Positions 40,390-52,439 of a stretch of 64,000 bases of DNA are shown here, piece after piece. The position numbers and the translations under genes are program-made. The notes under the pieces were generated by a model. It saw nothing but the letters and a program-made list of their open reading frames with translations. It did not search any database and was not told where the DNA came from. Location of the stretch: positions 51,460,001-51,524,000 of the forward strand of contig OX597828.1 of assembly GCA_951406725.2 (NCBI GenBank). Direction: 5' to 3'. Each line of letters starts with the position of its first letter. Within the stretch, counting starts at the first letter, position 1. Source of the stretch: Octopus vulgaris. Lineage: Eukaryota.

Positions 40390-43300
40390 CGAACCACTTT
40401 GGTGCTGTTTTTTTTTTCATTATATATTTTGTTCCAAGTTGTCAATAGAAACACCAGGAACCTCTAACTGGTTTTCTGTATTTGTTTGGCCCCTCGAGGG
40501 GATATATATTCGTCCCACCAAATACGTTCAACGAGAGTTTTATTTAACGTAATCAAATACGACTTAACAATATGGCGCAGCGCATCTTGAAAATGGTGAG
40601 ACAAAAGAAAACTGCCCTTCCCACTAACCTGGTCAGTGCTGAAGATTTTGCTCCCCTTCCCTCCTTTACTGGCAACAATACAGGAGAAGAGAAGGAGAAA
40701 AACAGGAATGGAAAACTACAAAGTCCAAATCGTAGTAACAGCAATGGAAACATCGACAGCAGTGACAGCAGCAGTAGCGGCAGTAGCAGTAGTGGTGGCA
40801 ACAACAACAGCGCCAAAGATAGCAACAGCGGCCGCAGCAGCGATGGCAACAACATCAACAGCAATAGCAACACCAATAACACCAATAAGAACAACGAAAA
40901 TAACTGCATCAGCACTAGCAACAACAACAACAACAACAACAACGAAAACGTTACCAACATTACCAACAACAAGAATCCTTTCGATGTGGCAGCAGCCAGA
41001 AAGAGCCAAGCGCCAAACAATTCTGCATCGACCTCACAAATAAGGTCGAATAGCTGGCCCAGGCCTGGAACCTCATCAAGCAAGAGCAAACCAGGGCCAA
41101 CTTAACTATCCCGGTGGAGGCCATCAAAGCAGTGGAGCAAAGAATGGTGTATATCAGATGCATCTTAGCAGAAACAAAAGAAGCGGCTTCAATTGCACAA
41201 GTAGATATTGAAGCTGCGCTGTGATGCATCAGAGATGACACCGAGTACATAGCAAGGGGCGGATAATAAGGCACCATTTCGGTGCTATTTAAGTAAAAAA
41301 AACATCGCTATGAAACATTCAATGATCGCTTCTAAAACCAGCAAGATAATAATGTAACTCTTCCACTGCGGAAAATGACTAGCACATGTCTGCATTCCCA
41401 GGATTCCAACAGGGCCTGATACGTGGTGAATTCTGAGACTCGTAATTGTGGAGGGTACTGATACCGTCCCGATAGAGGTGACAAAAACAGCCAAGGAGGA
41501 CTGGTCCGGGGTTGACCTGGAGATACTTCTCCAAACCAGATACGAAAACATAAAAAAAATTTCGGACCACATCCGTCTGCAGAACATAATGACTGAAGGC
41601 AAAAGGCGGAATTTTTTCGTTTGTAGAGAAACAACCCATTTGCGATCCTTCTGCCCTCAACTGATAAAAGGTACAAGAGATCGAAGGTTTGCACTGCTAC
41701 CTACACCGGGTCGAGAACGACAACCAACACCAGCGCTGGCAAGACCAACAGCAACAACACCAAAGGAAACACCACCAAAGACATTGACCATCCAAGAGGG
41801 GAAATGAGACATACAGACAGACATACTGCTACAGACACCTCATCTTCCATTAGTGAAGATGAAGGAATAACAAAATCCTCCAAAAACAAAAAAGAAAACA
41901 CAAAAAACTCCACAGAGCATAACAGCACCCACAATAGAAAATACAGACATCACCCACTCAAACATCTCTCCCAAAACCCTAACACCACCATAACCAACAC
42001 CATCATCATCATCCAGAATCCCCTTAACGCAAACAACTAAAACAGACACAAGAACAAATACACATACAAACATCTGAAATCGCAGATACGAGCACTCAAA
42101 TTCAAACACAGACATAAACCAAACAACACCAACAAAACCATCACCACCACAGTGAAGCAAACAAATAAAACCGCACCAACAAAAAATACTCAAATTCGTG
42201 CTTATCAAAAGGGCCAACACGGATTCCATTTCCCTCGTAGCACAAAGGAAAGAAATTCAAATAGATGGTGTGAACAACCTAAACTTCACAAGTCACCGGG
42301 CGATAAGTAAACCGTTCCTGTCTCTTTTTAGCTTACCAGCATGGACATATTAAGAGTAGGAAGTTTAAATGTTCGAAGCCTTGGGTCTCCCTGGAAGCAG
42401 GATTTAAACTTCCTACTCTAAATGAAGCAAAAGCTGAAAGGTGGCGTCATCAATGACAGATGGTGCTGGCTTCTCAAAAGAGATATTAGAGTAATTTCCA
42501 TAAGATTTAGCAAAGAAGTAACATTAGTGAAAATTGAAAGGCAGAGCAGTTTATAGTTAATTTAGACGAGGCTATTTGTAGTGGCATGACAACCGACGTG
42601 CTAGCAGTGGGAACGGCTTAAAGTGCGCGCTCTGTGAAACGAGGGAACCAAAGCTTTTCGATGGTCCCACGTGTCAGAGACGCAGCGTGGTAACAAAACT
42701 ACAATTCGTTCTCTGGCAGACCGAGGCGGACACAAGATGAGCGATTCCATACAGATGTGTGAGGCTTTTCGCCAGCACTTTGCTCGGTTATTCAGAGAGA
42801 CTGGCGGGTCAGAAACGGTAGCGGACCCCAGTACCTAACTTCGCGGCTTGCCGCCGAAATTCAAGATGCCCTTCGCGGCTGTACGAGGCGCAAGTTACAC
42901 TGTTTAGATGGTCTACACTACGAGCTTTCCATAATTATGCCAGACTCTCGTTCTCTTGATTTATTCGAAGGAGTTAGGATGTATTCCCACTTCTGTGAGG
43001 TACACATTTGATAACTTCAGGCCCATAACTACTCAAAACAGAGTTTAAGATATTGGCTAATGTGTTAACGAAGAGGTTGGCACTTGTAGTCAAGGATCTG
43101 GTAGGGGAGGTACAAACCTGCACAATCACGACCAGAACCATTTCCGAAAACCTCTACCTCATGCGATACATCATACAAAGTGTAGGATCTAAACCTGACC
43201 TCAGTGGGGCCCTGATCAATTTCGATCAAACGAAAACATTCGATAGAGTCGACCATCAGTATCTGGAGGCTGTTCTCAAGACAGACGGCTTCGGTCCCAT

Positions 43301-43935
43301 CTTCAGAAGTTGGATCGCTGCAATGCACAGCGGTATCTGCTCGGTGGTCAAAGTTTCAGATTTCCCGATCGGTTCGTCAGAGTTGCCCTCTTTCCTCCCT
43401 TGTATTGACTCTTGTGTCTTTACTGTGGAAGCTGGAACAACTGCAGTGCATCCTGCTTGGAGCGAGACGCGGAAGGGCTGTATCGGCTTATACAGACGAT
43501 ATCAGCGTGATGGTGTCGGACACCTCAGAAATCAAGGTGGTCGGCACATCATTGGAGGAATATGAAAAGTTGACGGGAGAAAAATTTAACCTGAAAAAGT
43601 CGGTGCGCTTGCAGTTCGGCATATAGAGAGGCAAATCCATGCCACACAACAGCGTCGTTGGGCGCGGGATGACGGACCGGTAAAGATGTTTAGGGTTTGG
43701 TTCGGACCTCCAGGACGATAAGAATTGGGATGAAATGACGAGCTTTTGTAGGCAGTCTCCTCCAAAAATGGGCTGCGAGGAAGCTGTCACTGAAAAGTCG
43801 GTCGAACCTGGCGAATGCGTACATCAAGTCTGTCATTTACCTTCTCCTGACCGTCTAGCCTTCCATCCGTTCACGACTCGCTAAATTGAAGCCTCTCCTC
43901 CACAAATTTTTGTGTCGGAAAATAAAAGACGTCTG
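40390..43935 (+). mobile_element. Decayed Tx1/L1-clade LINE (ORF1 + ORF2)
   Basis: ORF1-like start at 40572 (N/S-rich). ORF2 start MDILRVGSLNVRSL (42341). RT motifs ANVLTKRL..QTCTI..RTISENL..GALINFDQTKTFDRVDHQYL..GFGPIFRSWI and YTDD. Most of the APE domain is deleted. Confidence 0.85.
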
Positions 43936-44004
43936 TTGTATGCACACACACGCACGAACAGACACATACACACACACACACACACATTCACACAGAAACA
44001 CGCA

Positions 44005-44041
<37 letters not shown>

Positions 44042-44048
44042 GTATATG

Positions 44049-44279
44049 TATTTCTTTACTGCCCACAGGGGGATAAACATAGAGGGGACAAACAAGGACA
44101 GACGAAGGGATTAAGTCGATTACATCGACACCAGTGCGAAACTGGTACTTTCTTTATCGACCCCGAAAGGATGAAAGGCAAAGTCGACATTGGCGGAATT
44201 TGAACTCAGAACGTAACGACAGACGAATTACCGGTAAGTATTTCGCCCGGCGCCCTAACGCTTCTGCCAGCTCGCCGCC
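44049..44279 (-). mobile_element. SINE family B, full length
   Basis: GGCGGCGAGCTGGCAGAA head to AAAGAAATA tail on the minus strand. Confidence 0.9.
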
Positions 44280-44779
44280 TTCATATATATGTATATGTAT
44301 TTATGTGTGTCTTTGTGTTTGCACCCACCACCGCTTGACAGCCAGTGTTGGAATGTTTACATCATCGTAACTTAGTTATTCGACAAAAGTGACCGACAGA
44401 ATAATTAGACGATTTAAAATTCAGTTAATGTACTTCAGCGCAGTGCTCCAGTATGACTGCAATGTAATGATTCAAGCAAGAAATAAATAAAAGATAATCA
44501 CACGAACTCATTACAAAAACTTACTCCCAAAAAGAAAGTGCACACACATACACAGACACACACGTTTTCATCCACAAGATACAACCGACACACGATACAA
44601 AAAGTAAGTTTTCATGTTGGTACCAAAAATAAAATATGAGAATAAGACGAAAAGCTGGCTGCAAAAACAAGAAAGCAACGCGACACCCAGACAGCGTGTT
44701 TCACAAAATAAACACGTATAATATTTCTGACAACATATCTCACTACAAAATATATATCTTAGAAAAAAAATTATATTTT

Positions 44780-45012
44780 GTACTCGTTTACTCTTTTACT
44801 TGTTTCAGTCATTTGACTGTGGCCATGCTGGAGCACCGCCTTTTTCAGTCGAGCAACTCGACACCAGGACCTATTCCTTTGTAAACCTAGTACTTATTCT
44901 ATCGGTCTCTTTTGCCGAACTGCTAAGTTACGGGGACGTAAACACACCAGCATCGGTTGTCAAGCGATGTTCGGGGGACAAACACAGACACACAAACACA
45001 TACACACACATA

Positions 45013-45082
<70 letters not shown>

Positions 45083-45472
45083 CGGTATTTTTTTCATAGC
45101 GTTTTTCACGTGGCCAGATAACCGAAGAGATGGTGTTGTGGATTTCCACTTCGGCATCTGAAACTCAGAGTTTTATCTTGACTATTGAGTAATTGTAACA
45201 TATTATTTTATAGATAAATTTCCTCTAGTTACATAATATTGAGGTCTCTTTCTTTCTTTTGTTATATTACCGTTTTTACCAATATATATATATATATATA
45301 TGTGCGTGTGTACATATAAACGACGGGCTTCTTTCAGTTTCCGTCTACCAAATCCACTCACAAGATTTTGATCGGCCCGTGGTCATAGTAGAAGACACTT
45401 GTCTAAGGTGCCACGCAGTGGGACTGAACCAGGAAACAATGTGGTTCGTAAGTAAGCTACTTACCACAGCCC
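44780..45472 (-). mobile_element. SINE family A split by a PLE-type insertion (45081-~45290) in its internal (TA)n
   Basis: The 3' half (44780-45012) and 5' half (45305-45472) are collinear. Confidence 0.8.
45116..45178 (+). ncRNA. Minimal hammerhead-like motif (family shared with 63847)
   Basis: AGATAA-CCGAAGA-GATG...CATCT-GAAA-CTCAGA-GTT|TTATCT; 6-bp stem I; U4C variant. Confidence 0.6.
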
Positions 45473-45656
45473 ATGGAAAATTTCTGACATTTTTTACCAA
45501 AACTGAGAGGTACCACAATCAGCTCGATTTTCTTTATATACGATCAGTGAATGTGCGTGTGTGTATACTGGGGGTAGAACTGGCGCAATATAGGCATGTA
45601 TATATGTACGTATGTACGTATGTATGTATATATGTATGAATGCATATACGTAAGTA

Positions 45657-46139
45657 CCGTAAGTCCTCGAGTATGGTCCGCCCTTGCGATTTTTGGGGGG
45701 CTGTAGCTCTAAAAAACCTAAACCTTGTGTATAATACGCACCACTTCTCTAACTTGAATCGTGCGTAATTAAGCCAGCAGTGCCTAGTCGAACGAACACT
45801 TCCGCGCATGCGTAATACCATAATGGAAATGTAAATATGCTTACAAATTGTTTTTGTTACATGTTATTCTGTTTTCTGAATACTTTTATTTTAATAAATG
45901 CTACTTCCTGCAAGTTATAGATGATTCTTTTATGACTTCATTGCTTTCAGGCTTAGCTTAAGGTATTTTCGCGCCCGACATCACAAAATGCGTTTGAAGA
46001 AACATTGCTGGACAGCAAATAGAGACTCGGACATTGCTTAGTAAATCTGTTTCATTTTTAACCTCGTATATAGTACGCACCAGAGATTTTGATCTTTAAA
46101 TTTTGGGGGAAAATGCGGATTATTCACGAGGATTTACAG
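45657..46139. mobile_element. pogo/Tigger-type MITE
   Basis: Imperfect TIRs CCGTAAGTCCTCGAGTATGGTCCGC / GCGGATTATTCACGAGGATTTACAG with TA on both sides. Confidence 0.75.
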
Positions 46140-46159
46140 TATGTACATATCTGCCCTCA

Positions 46160-46580
46160 CTTAGGGGCAGATAAAATAAGTTCCAGCAGAACACTTGGGT
46201 CGATGCAATTGACTTAAACCCACCATCGAAATTACTGGCCTTGTGCTAAGATCGGAAATCATTTGCCGTGGTCGGCTTCGAATTTCATCGTTTCGGTTCA
46301 ATAAAATAGTACCAGCTGGGAACTACAGTCGATATATTTAATTCTCAACCTCTACCAAAATTGTTGGTCTTCTGCCAAAATTTGAAATCATTCTTATTTT
46401 CAGGCAGTAAACTAGCAGAATCGTTAGCACATCGACAAAGTCCTTAGCAACATCTCACCCGTCTTTACCTTCTTAGTTCAAATCACGCCGAGGTTGACTT
46501 TGACTATCATCTTTTCGGGGTCAATAAATAAAGTACCAGTTTCGCACTGGGTCGATATATTAGACCAGTCCCCTCCCTAA
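46160..46580 (+). mobile_element. Cluster of degenerate SINE family B fragments
   Basis: Repeated GATAAAATAAGT..CAG..GGGTCGAT motifs. Confidence 0.7.
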
Positions 46581-46590
46581 AGTAAAAAGG

Positions 46591-46640
<50 letters not shown>

Positions 46641-46662
46641 CATTATTATTATTATTATTATT

Positions 46663-46950
46663 CTATGTTTGACTTTTGCTTTATATTTGTACAAGTTGGC
46701 TCCAAGTCTCACCCAGAGACCTCAAGAGACAACTGGTTGGAAGTTCATGTTGTTGTTATGCCTAGTGCGCCATATATTTGGGGGGGGAAGTTTTTGGTGT
46801 TGTACTAATGAATGTCTAAAAAAAAAAAAATTTTTTAAACCGAAAATTATGTTTGTTTTAAACCTTGAGATTACATAGAAAGTATTTTGCGTAGGATATG
46901 AACAGTTCCATGAGCACTATCTTTTGAATTTCTGCCATTTTTGGGTTTCC
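46663..46950 (-). mobile_element. R4/Dong-like LINE extreme 3' end within a (TAA)n tract
   Basis: Frameshifted EIQKIVLM / GTVHILRKILSM* C-terminus plus 3' UTR; (TTA)n on both flanks. Confidence 0.7.
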
Positions 46951-47384
46951 TGATTATTATTATTATTATTATTATTGTTATTATTATTATTATTATTAAA
47001 AATAGCAGTAGATGAAGCACTACCGCCTTTAACAACGGGCACACACAACGCCCAAGGTGTCTCTCAACGAAATTCTCCCTCATCCTCTCCCATTCCTTTC
47101 TCCGCCTCCACGAAACTTAAATAAATACATAGACTCGGACTGCAATTCGAAAGATATGGGAAAATGTTTAACGATACTCCTTTCCTTTCGTTATGCGCTA
47201 AGCCCAGATTCCGCCGGGTTTGTTTCAGCTTTCATTCTTTGGGACCGATGGAATAGATACCAGCTGAACAAATGTGTGGATGTAATCGACTCCCCACTCT
47301 CCTCAAAATTGCTGGCCTTGTGCCAAAATTAGAAAGAATTGTAATATTAGTATAAATATTAATAACGATCATCATCATCATTAC

Positions 47385-47765
47385 CACTACCTCCTCCTTC
47401 TCACCTCCTCCTCATCTTCCTGCTCCTCCTCCTTGCATCCTCCTCGCCCCCTCCTCTCCCCATCCCTTCCTCTCCACGCCTCCTCCTTTCCTCGCCCTCT
47501 CCTCTCCTCGCCCTCCCCTCTCCTCGCCCCTCCTCCTCCTCTCCTCACCCATCCTCTCCACGTCTTCCTCCTCCCAGCATCCTCCTCGCTCCCTCCTCTT
47601 TTCGCCCTCTCCTCACCTCACCCCTGCTCCTCTGCTCCCCATCTCCCCCTCCTCTTCCTCGTTCCCCTCCTCTCCTCGCCCCTTATTCTCCCTCATCTCC
47701 CACCCTTCCTCTCGCCACTCCTCTTCAACACCTCCCTTCCTTTTCCACTTCATTCACCTTCTACT
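47385..47765. repeat. Polypyrimidine (CCT/CTC-rich) low-complexity tract
   Basis: About 380 bp almost entirely C/T on the plus strand. Confidence 0.9.
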
Positions 47766-48004
47766 GCCATCTACCTTGGATATACCAAAAGTGACTTTTG
47801 TGTTGCTTTGTAATCTGACTCATTAGTGTTACGAAGTGTCGTTTTCGTTGTACAACAACCATATTTACTCAACTCCTTTGTGTCAGTCCTCTTCTTATTT
47901 AGCTACAAAGGTCCACGATGGAGGAAACCCATGATCACATATATTTCAGCTCTGAAGATCCCTGATATAAGCACTCATACATCAGCAAATATATAATTTT
48001 TATC

Positions 48005-48142
48005 ATTAATTTCAAATTTTGTCACAAGGCCAGCAATCTCGGAGTTGGGGATCAGTCGGAATTTGAACTCAGAACGTAAAGACAAACAAAATACTGCTAA
48101 GCTTTTTCCTAGACGTTCTAACGATTCTACCAGCTCGCCACC
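48005..48142 (-). mobile_element. SINE family B, internally deleted
   Basis: GGAATTTGAACTCAGAACGT..CCAGCTCGCCACC. Confidence 0.75.
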
Positions 48143-48163
48143 TTTATTTTTTTTTTATTATTA

Positions 48164-48566
48164 GGCGCAGGAGTGGCTGTGTGGTAAGTAGCTTGTTTAC
48201 CAACCACATGGTTCCGGGTTCATTCCCACTGCGTGGCATCTTTGGCAAGCATCTTCTACTAGAGCCTCGGGCCGACCAAAGCCTTGTGAGTGAATTTGGT
48301 AGACGGAAACTGAAAGAAGCCCGTCGTATATATGTACATATATATTATGTGTGTTTGTATGTTTGTGTGTCTGTGTTTGTCCCCCCAACATCGCTTGACA
48401 ACCGATACTGGTGTGTTTACGTCCCCATAACTTAGCGGTTCGGCAAAAGAGACCGATAGAATAAGTACTAGGCTTACAAAGAATAAGTCCTCGGGTCGAT
48501 TTGCTCGGCTAAAGGCGGTGCTCCAGCATGGCCACAGTCAAATGACTGAAACAAGTAAAAGAGTAA
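48164..48566 (+). mobile_element. SINE family A, full length
   Basis: Head, body and tail match. Confidence 0.93.
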
Positions 48567-49566
48567 GTGTAATGCGTTCAGAATATTGTGTAATAACGCA
48601 TGGTCAGAGATTAAAACAGGTGATTTAAATCCATAATCCCAATATCTGATATGATCATAGCCAACTCACTTTAACAAGTAAAGCAGATAATCTTTATTTC
48701 AAATATACATTGATTGATTCTGTTTTTGTAGCTCTGTGAGTTATCAAACACAAACCAAGATTTGAATATGCTAAGATCAACATTACCGATCACTGACCAA
48801 TATTTTTTGTTTAAAGTCGTTATAAGTCAATATCCTTGCATTGACTATGTTTGCTTTTTGGAGCATGTTATAACAGTTACTGTTGCAAAACCTTGTAGAT
48901 GTTTACAAAAATAAAATAAATGTAGACATGACATCATTGAAAGTAATAGGAGAATTTTTTGGCCATGTTGTTCTTCTCTACTTAAATCGTATTCAGTTCT
49001 TTCTCTTTCAATTGCCGCATACAATTATTCGATCTAATGAAAGATTTGATGGATATGAAGCCGTTTCAATAGATATCGGTAAAGAATTTCATACTGTCTA
49101 ACTTGTAAGACTTCAAAAAGTGGTTGATCTTCCATTAACTCCATTCATCTTGTATAATAAGATTCGTCACAGGTTATATTATACCTCAAAGCGCCCTGTG
49201 AGAGAACACTTTCTTCGGTGACCTAAATTTCCTTTAATTAATTTGCAACCTTCATCCATACCTACCTTCTTTGTAATGTTGGCAAATGGAATAAATATAA
49301 AAATGAACTTCGTCAATTTGATTTTAAAAATTCCATATGTGGCTGCGAGTGCTCTACATTTTAAAACTGATGTACTACTTACATTGTTTACTTAAATGAA
49401 GTAGCCTGAAACGATTGTACTACACTACCTTTGGATATCATTGTTGCTTATTTGGATTATAATCACCCCATTTGATTTATATGGATAATAACATACCAAA
49501 TTCTGGTGCCTTTAACTTAAGTACCATATTCATCTGAATCTAAATTTTTGCTGAACTTATAATACC

Positions 49567-49584
<18 letters not shown>

Positions 49585-49603
<19 letters not shown>

Positions 49604-50990
49604 ATAAATATTAGGGAATAAATCCAAACTTACAGGGAAAAATCAGATTTAGGATTGAATCCAATTTTATAGTAAAATATTATATTATATTAAATTAGAG
49701 ATAAAACCACTATTAGGCAAATCATACAATGAAAAACTTAAGCCAATACATAAGATTATTTAATTTATATTATTTAAATATATAACAAAATTATTAAAAA
49801 AATATAATTAATATAACACTATGATCGTTTCATGGCTGTTAATTTCTTTAAATTTTCGAGTTACAGTCATTCATCAGGTGGTTTAAATATTTAACTCGGC
49901 GAGGTTTAATCAATATATATATAATTTGAGATATATTTCTCTATCCGCTATGTTATTTTGTTCGTTAACTCCTCCTAGAACGATTGTGTAAGGACAACAA
50001 ATCTGAAACCAGCAACTTCCCTAATCGCAGGGAATGCCCTAAGGGGGTATATGCTTTTAAGAGCGCCTAATTGGGACCACAGTAACCCGTGCTATTTTCT
50101 ACTGCATTTTAAACTAAATACGTGGCATTTGGCGACCAAATCGGAGCAATGGCAATGAATTTCATAGCATGAATTCCAAGGGTGTATCGTAAGGAGGTTC
50201 AATTTCTGAATGCTCGCTTAAACGGAGTCCCATTGACCCCACCTTATTTGTAGTGTATTTACTTCTCTCCTACGATTATTGATTAAACTATGATCGGCAT
50301 CAGTGCTTAACACATTTGCCGAAATAAGCTTGGGTATTCTAAATACCTTCACGTACATTCAAATCGCAATCAAGAGTTATAGCTGGTACGTTTCAAGTGT
50401 GATAGTGTCGATATTGATATTTTCTAGTTTATGAAGCTTATGTCTAAGTGGAAAACAAATCTTCTTGTTCTGGTCACATATCGGTTCTTGGACCTTCAGT
50501 TCCAGAATTCTAGTGTTTTTTCTACATGAATACCTAACAAAATTCCCAGCTAGACTGAATGTCAAAATTCGGCTAGCCGCTTTACGGCTAGAATATTAGC
50601 TTTAAATATTAGAGGAAGCTGTAAGTTAAACAAGAAATTAGCTGTGTGTCAGTCGGCAAAGCTGTCAGAAAGCGGCTCATAGGTTGGTACACCGACACAC
50701 TGTTACAGAGATGGCATTTACATTACATGATGAATGAACAAGTTAATGGGACATGAGGTTTAGGTATGGGTGCGAGTGAAGTATAGGTATTGAGCTTATG
50801 AGTATGGGTTTATGGATATATGACGGGCAGGGAATTTAGAATGGGGTATCGGATAATTAATACCAAGAGATACATATACAATGAATGTGTCTGAGTGCAT
50901 AACATTATAGATCAGTAGAGGGCCGAGAGCCTCAAAGGTGCTCTTCGCAGGAGCCATCGTAAATGCTGCCCGAGGGGCGGCTTTAAGGCT
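49585..50990 (-). mobile_element. PLE-type element with terminal hammerhead (49815-49883)
   Basis: Terminus homologous to 51050-51295 and inverted at 52113-52308. Minus strand CAC-CTGATGA-ATGACTGT..ACAGCCAT-GAAAC-GATC-ATA|GTG. Flanked by (TA)n; body not confidently translatable. Confidence 0.55.
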
Positions 50991-50991
50991 A

Positions 50992-51049
<58 letters not shown>

Positions 51050-51051
<2 letters not shown>

Positions 51052-51295
51052 ATTAGAGATAAAACCACTATTAGGCAAATCAAACAATGAAAAACTTAAG
51101 CTAATACATAAAATTAATTCATTTATATTATTTTAAATATATATCAAAAGTAAAAAAGTTTAATAAAAGATAATGAGTAAAACACTAGGATCGTTTCATG
51201 GCTGTACAATTCGTAATAATTCGAGTTATGGTTACAGTCAATCTTCAAGTAATTGAAATATTTATCTTAGCGAGGTTTGTGCAATGAACTAAAAT
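51050..51295 (-). mobile_element. Diverged copy of the same PLE-type terminus with a decayed hammerhead
   Basis: TTAGAGATAAAACCACTATTAGGCAAATCA shared with 49694; core TTGAAGA..GAAACGATCCTAGTG. Confidence 0.6.
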
Positions 51296-51547
51296 ATATA
51301 TATATATATGTGTGTGTATGTGTGTATATATGTGTGTGTGTGTGTGTGTGGGTGTGTGTGTGTGTGCGCACGAGCGTATGTGTTTGTTTTTATCATAAGA
51401 AAAACAATTTTACATGAAATTGAAAAGTCGTAACTCAGTACTTTTGGTAGAGTATAAATTTATTATTCTCTTTTTGAAGAATAGTTTTGAAAATGACGTA
51501 TATGTTCTGGGGTGTTTACACACCTTAATATTAGAGTATTTTCTGAA

Positions 51548-51715
51548 GACGACGAGCTGGCAGAATCGTTAGTGGCGATAATTCATCCGTCTTTACATTC
51601 TGAGTTTAATTTCCACCTAGGGTGACCTTGCCTTTCATCCTTTCGGGATCGATAGATTAAGTACCCATTAAGCACTTGGGGTCAATTTAATCGATTAGTC
51701 CACTTCCCCCAAAAT
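51548..51715 (+). mobile_element. SINE family B, degenerate
   Basis: GAGCTGGCAGAATCGTTAG and CCTTTCATCCTTTCGGG. Confidence 0.75.
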
Positions 51716-51794
51716 GTTTCAATTCTATACACAAAATTTCAATCGCCATCTTTTCTGAATTCGCATTTCTCTCACTCCCTCTTTTACATCTCTA

Positions 51795-51848
<54 letters not shown>

Positions 51849-52057
51849 CATATATATATATATGATTTATATATATGTGGTGGGGGGCCATATGTGTGTG
51901 TGTGTGTGTGTGTGTACGCGTGTTTGTGTGCATATGACCCTACTTATCAAGTTATGCATATATACACCCTAAAAATACAACATATTTATGTATATACCTG
52001 TGCATGTGTATTCGGCTGCTTGTATATATGTACGAGTGTCCAATTCTCGTGCTGCAT

Positions 52058-52118
<61 letters not shown>

Positions 52119-52229
52119 CCTTACACAATCGTTCTAGGAGGAGTTAACGAACAAAATAACATAGCGGATAGAGAAATATATCTCAAATTTATATATATAT
52201 TGATTAAACCTCGCCGAGTTAAATATTTA

Positions 52230-52298
52230 AACCACCTGATGAATGACTGTAACTCGAAAATTTAAAGAAATTAACAGCCATGAAACGATCATAGTGTT
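52230..52298 (+). ncRNA. Minimal hammerhead motif in the inverted PLE terminus copy 52113-52308
   Basis: CTGATGA at 52236-52242, stem II ATGACTGT/ACAGCCAT, GAAA at 52282-52285, GATC loop, AUA triplet. Confidence 0.62.
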
Positions 52299-52439
52299 AT
52301 ATTAATTAAGTGGAACAGAATTGGTTTAAATTGTTTCATTAATGAAACAAGACCAATTTCTATGAGGTGTTAATTATTTGATGCAAATATAATTAATGTT
52401 TCCAAGAATTTCACGCTAAATTCACAATAATGCAAGAGA

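Noticed and set aside
40572-41105. 177-aa N/S-rich ORF as a host gene
   Set aside because: It lies upstream of and collinear with a Tx1-like ORF2, so it is best read as a broken ORF1 with an (AAC/AGC)n expansion.
48600-49560. Possible ancient coding relic (also 18600-18830, 20900-21900, 24440-24760)
   Set aside because: No motif could be assigned with confidence; needs tBLASTx or HMM searches.
50965-50993. Helitron 3' end (hairpin + CTAG|T)
   Set aside because: No matching 5' TC terminus; it may just be the boundary of the PLE-type element.
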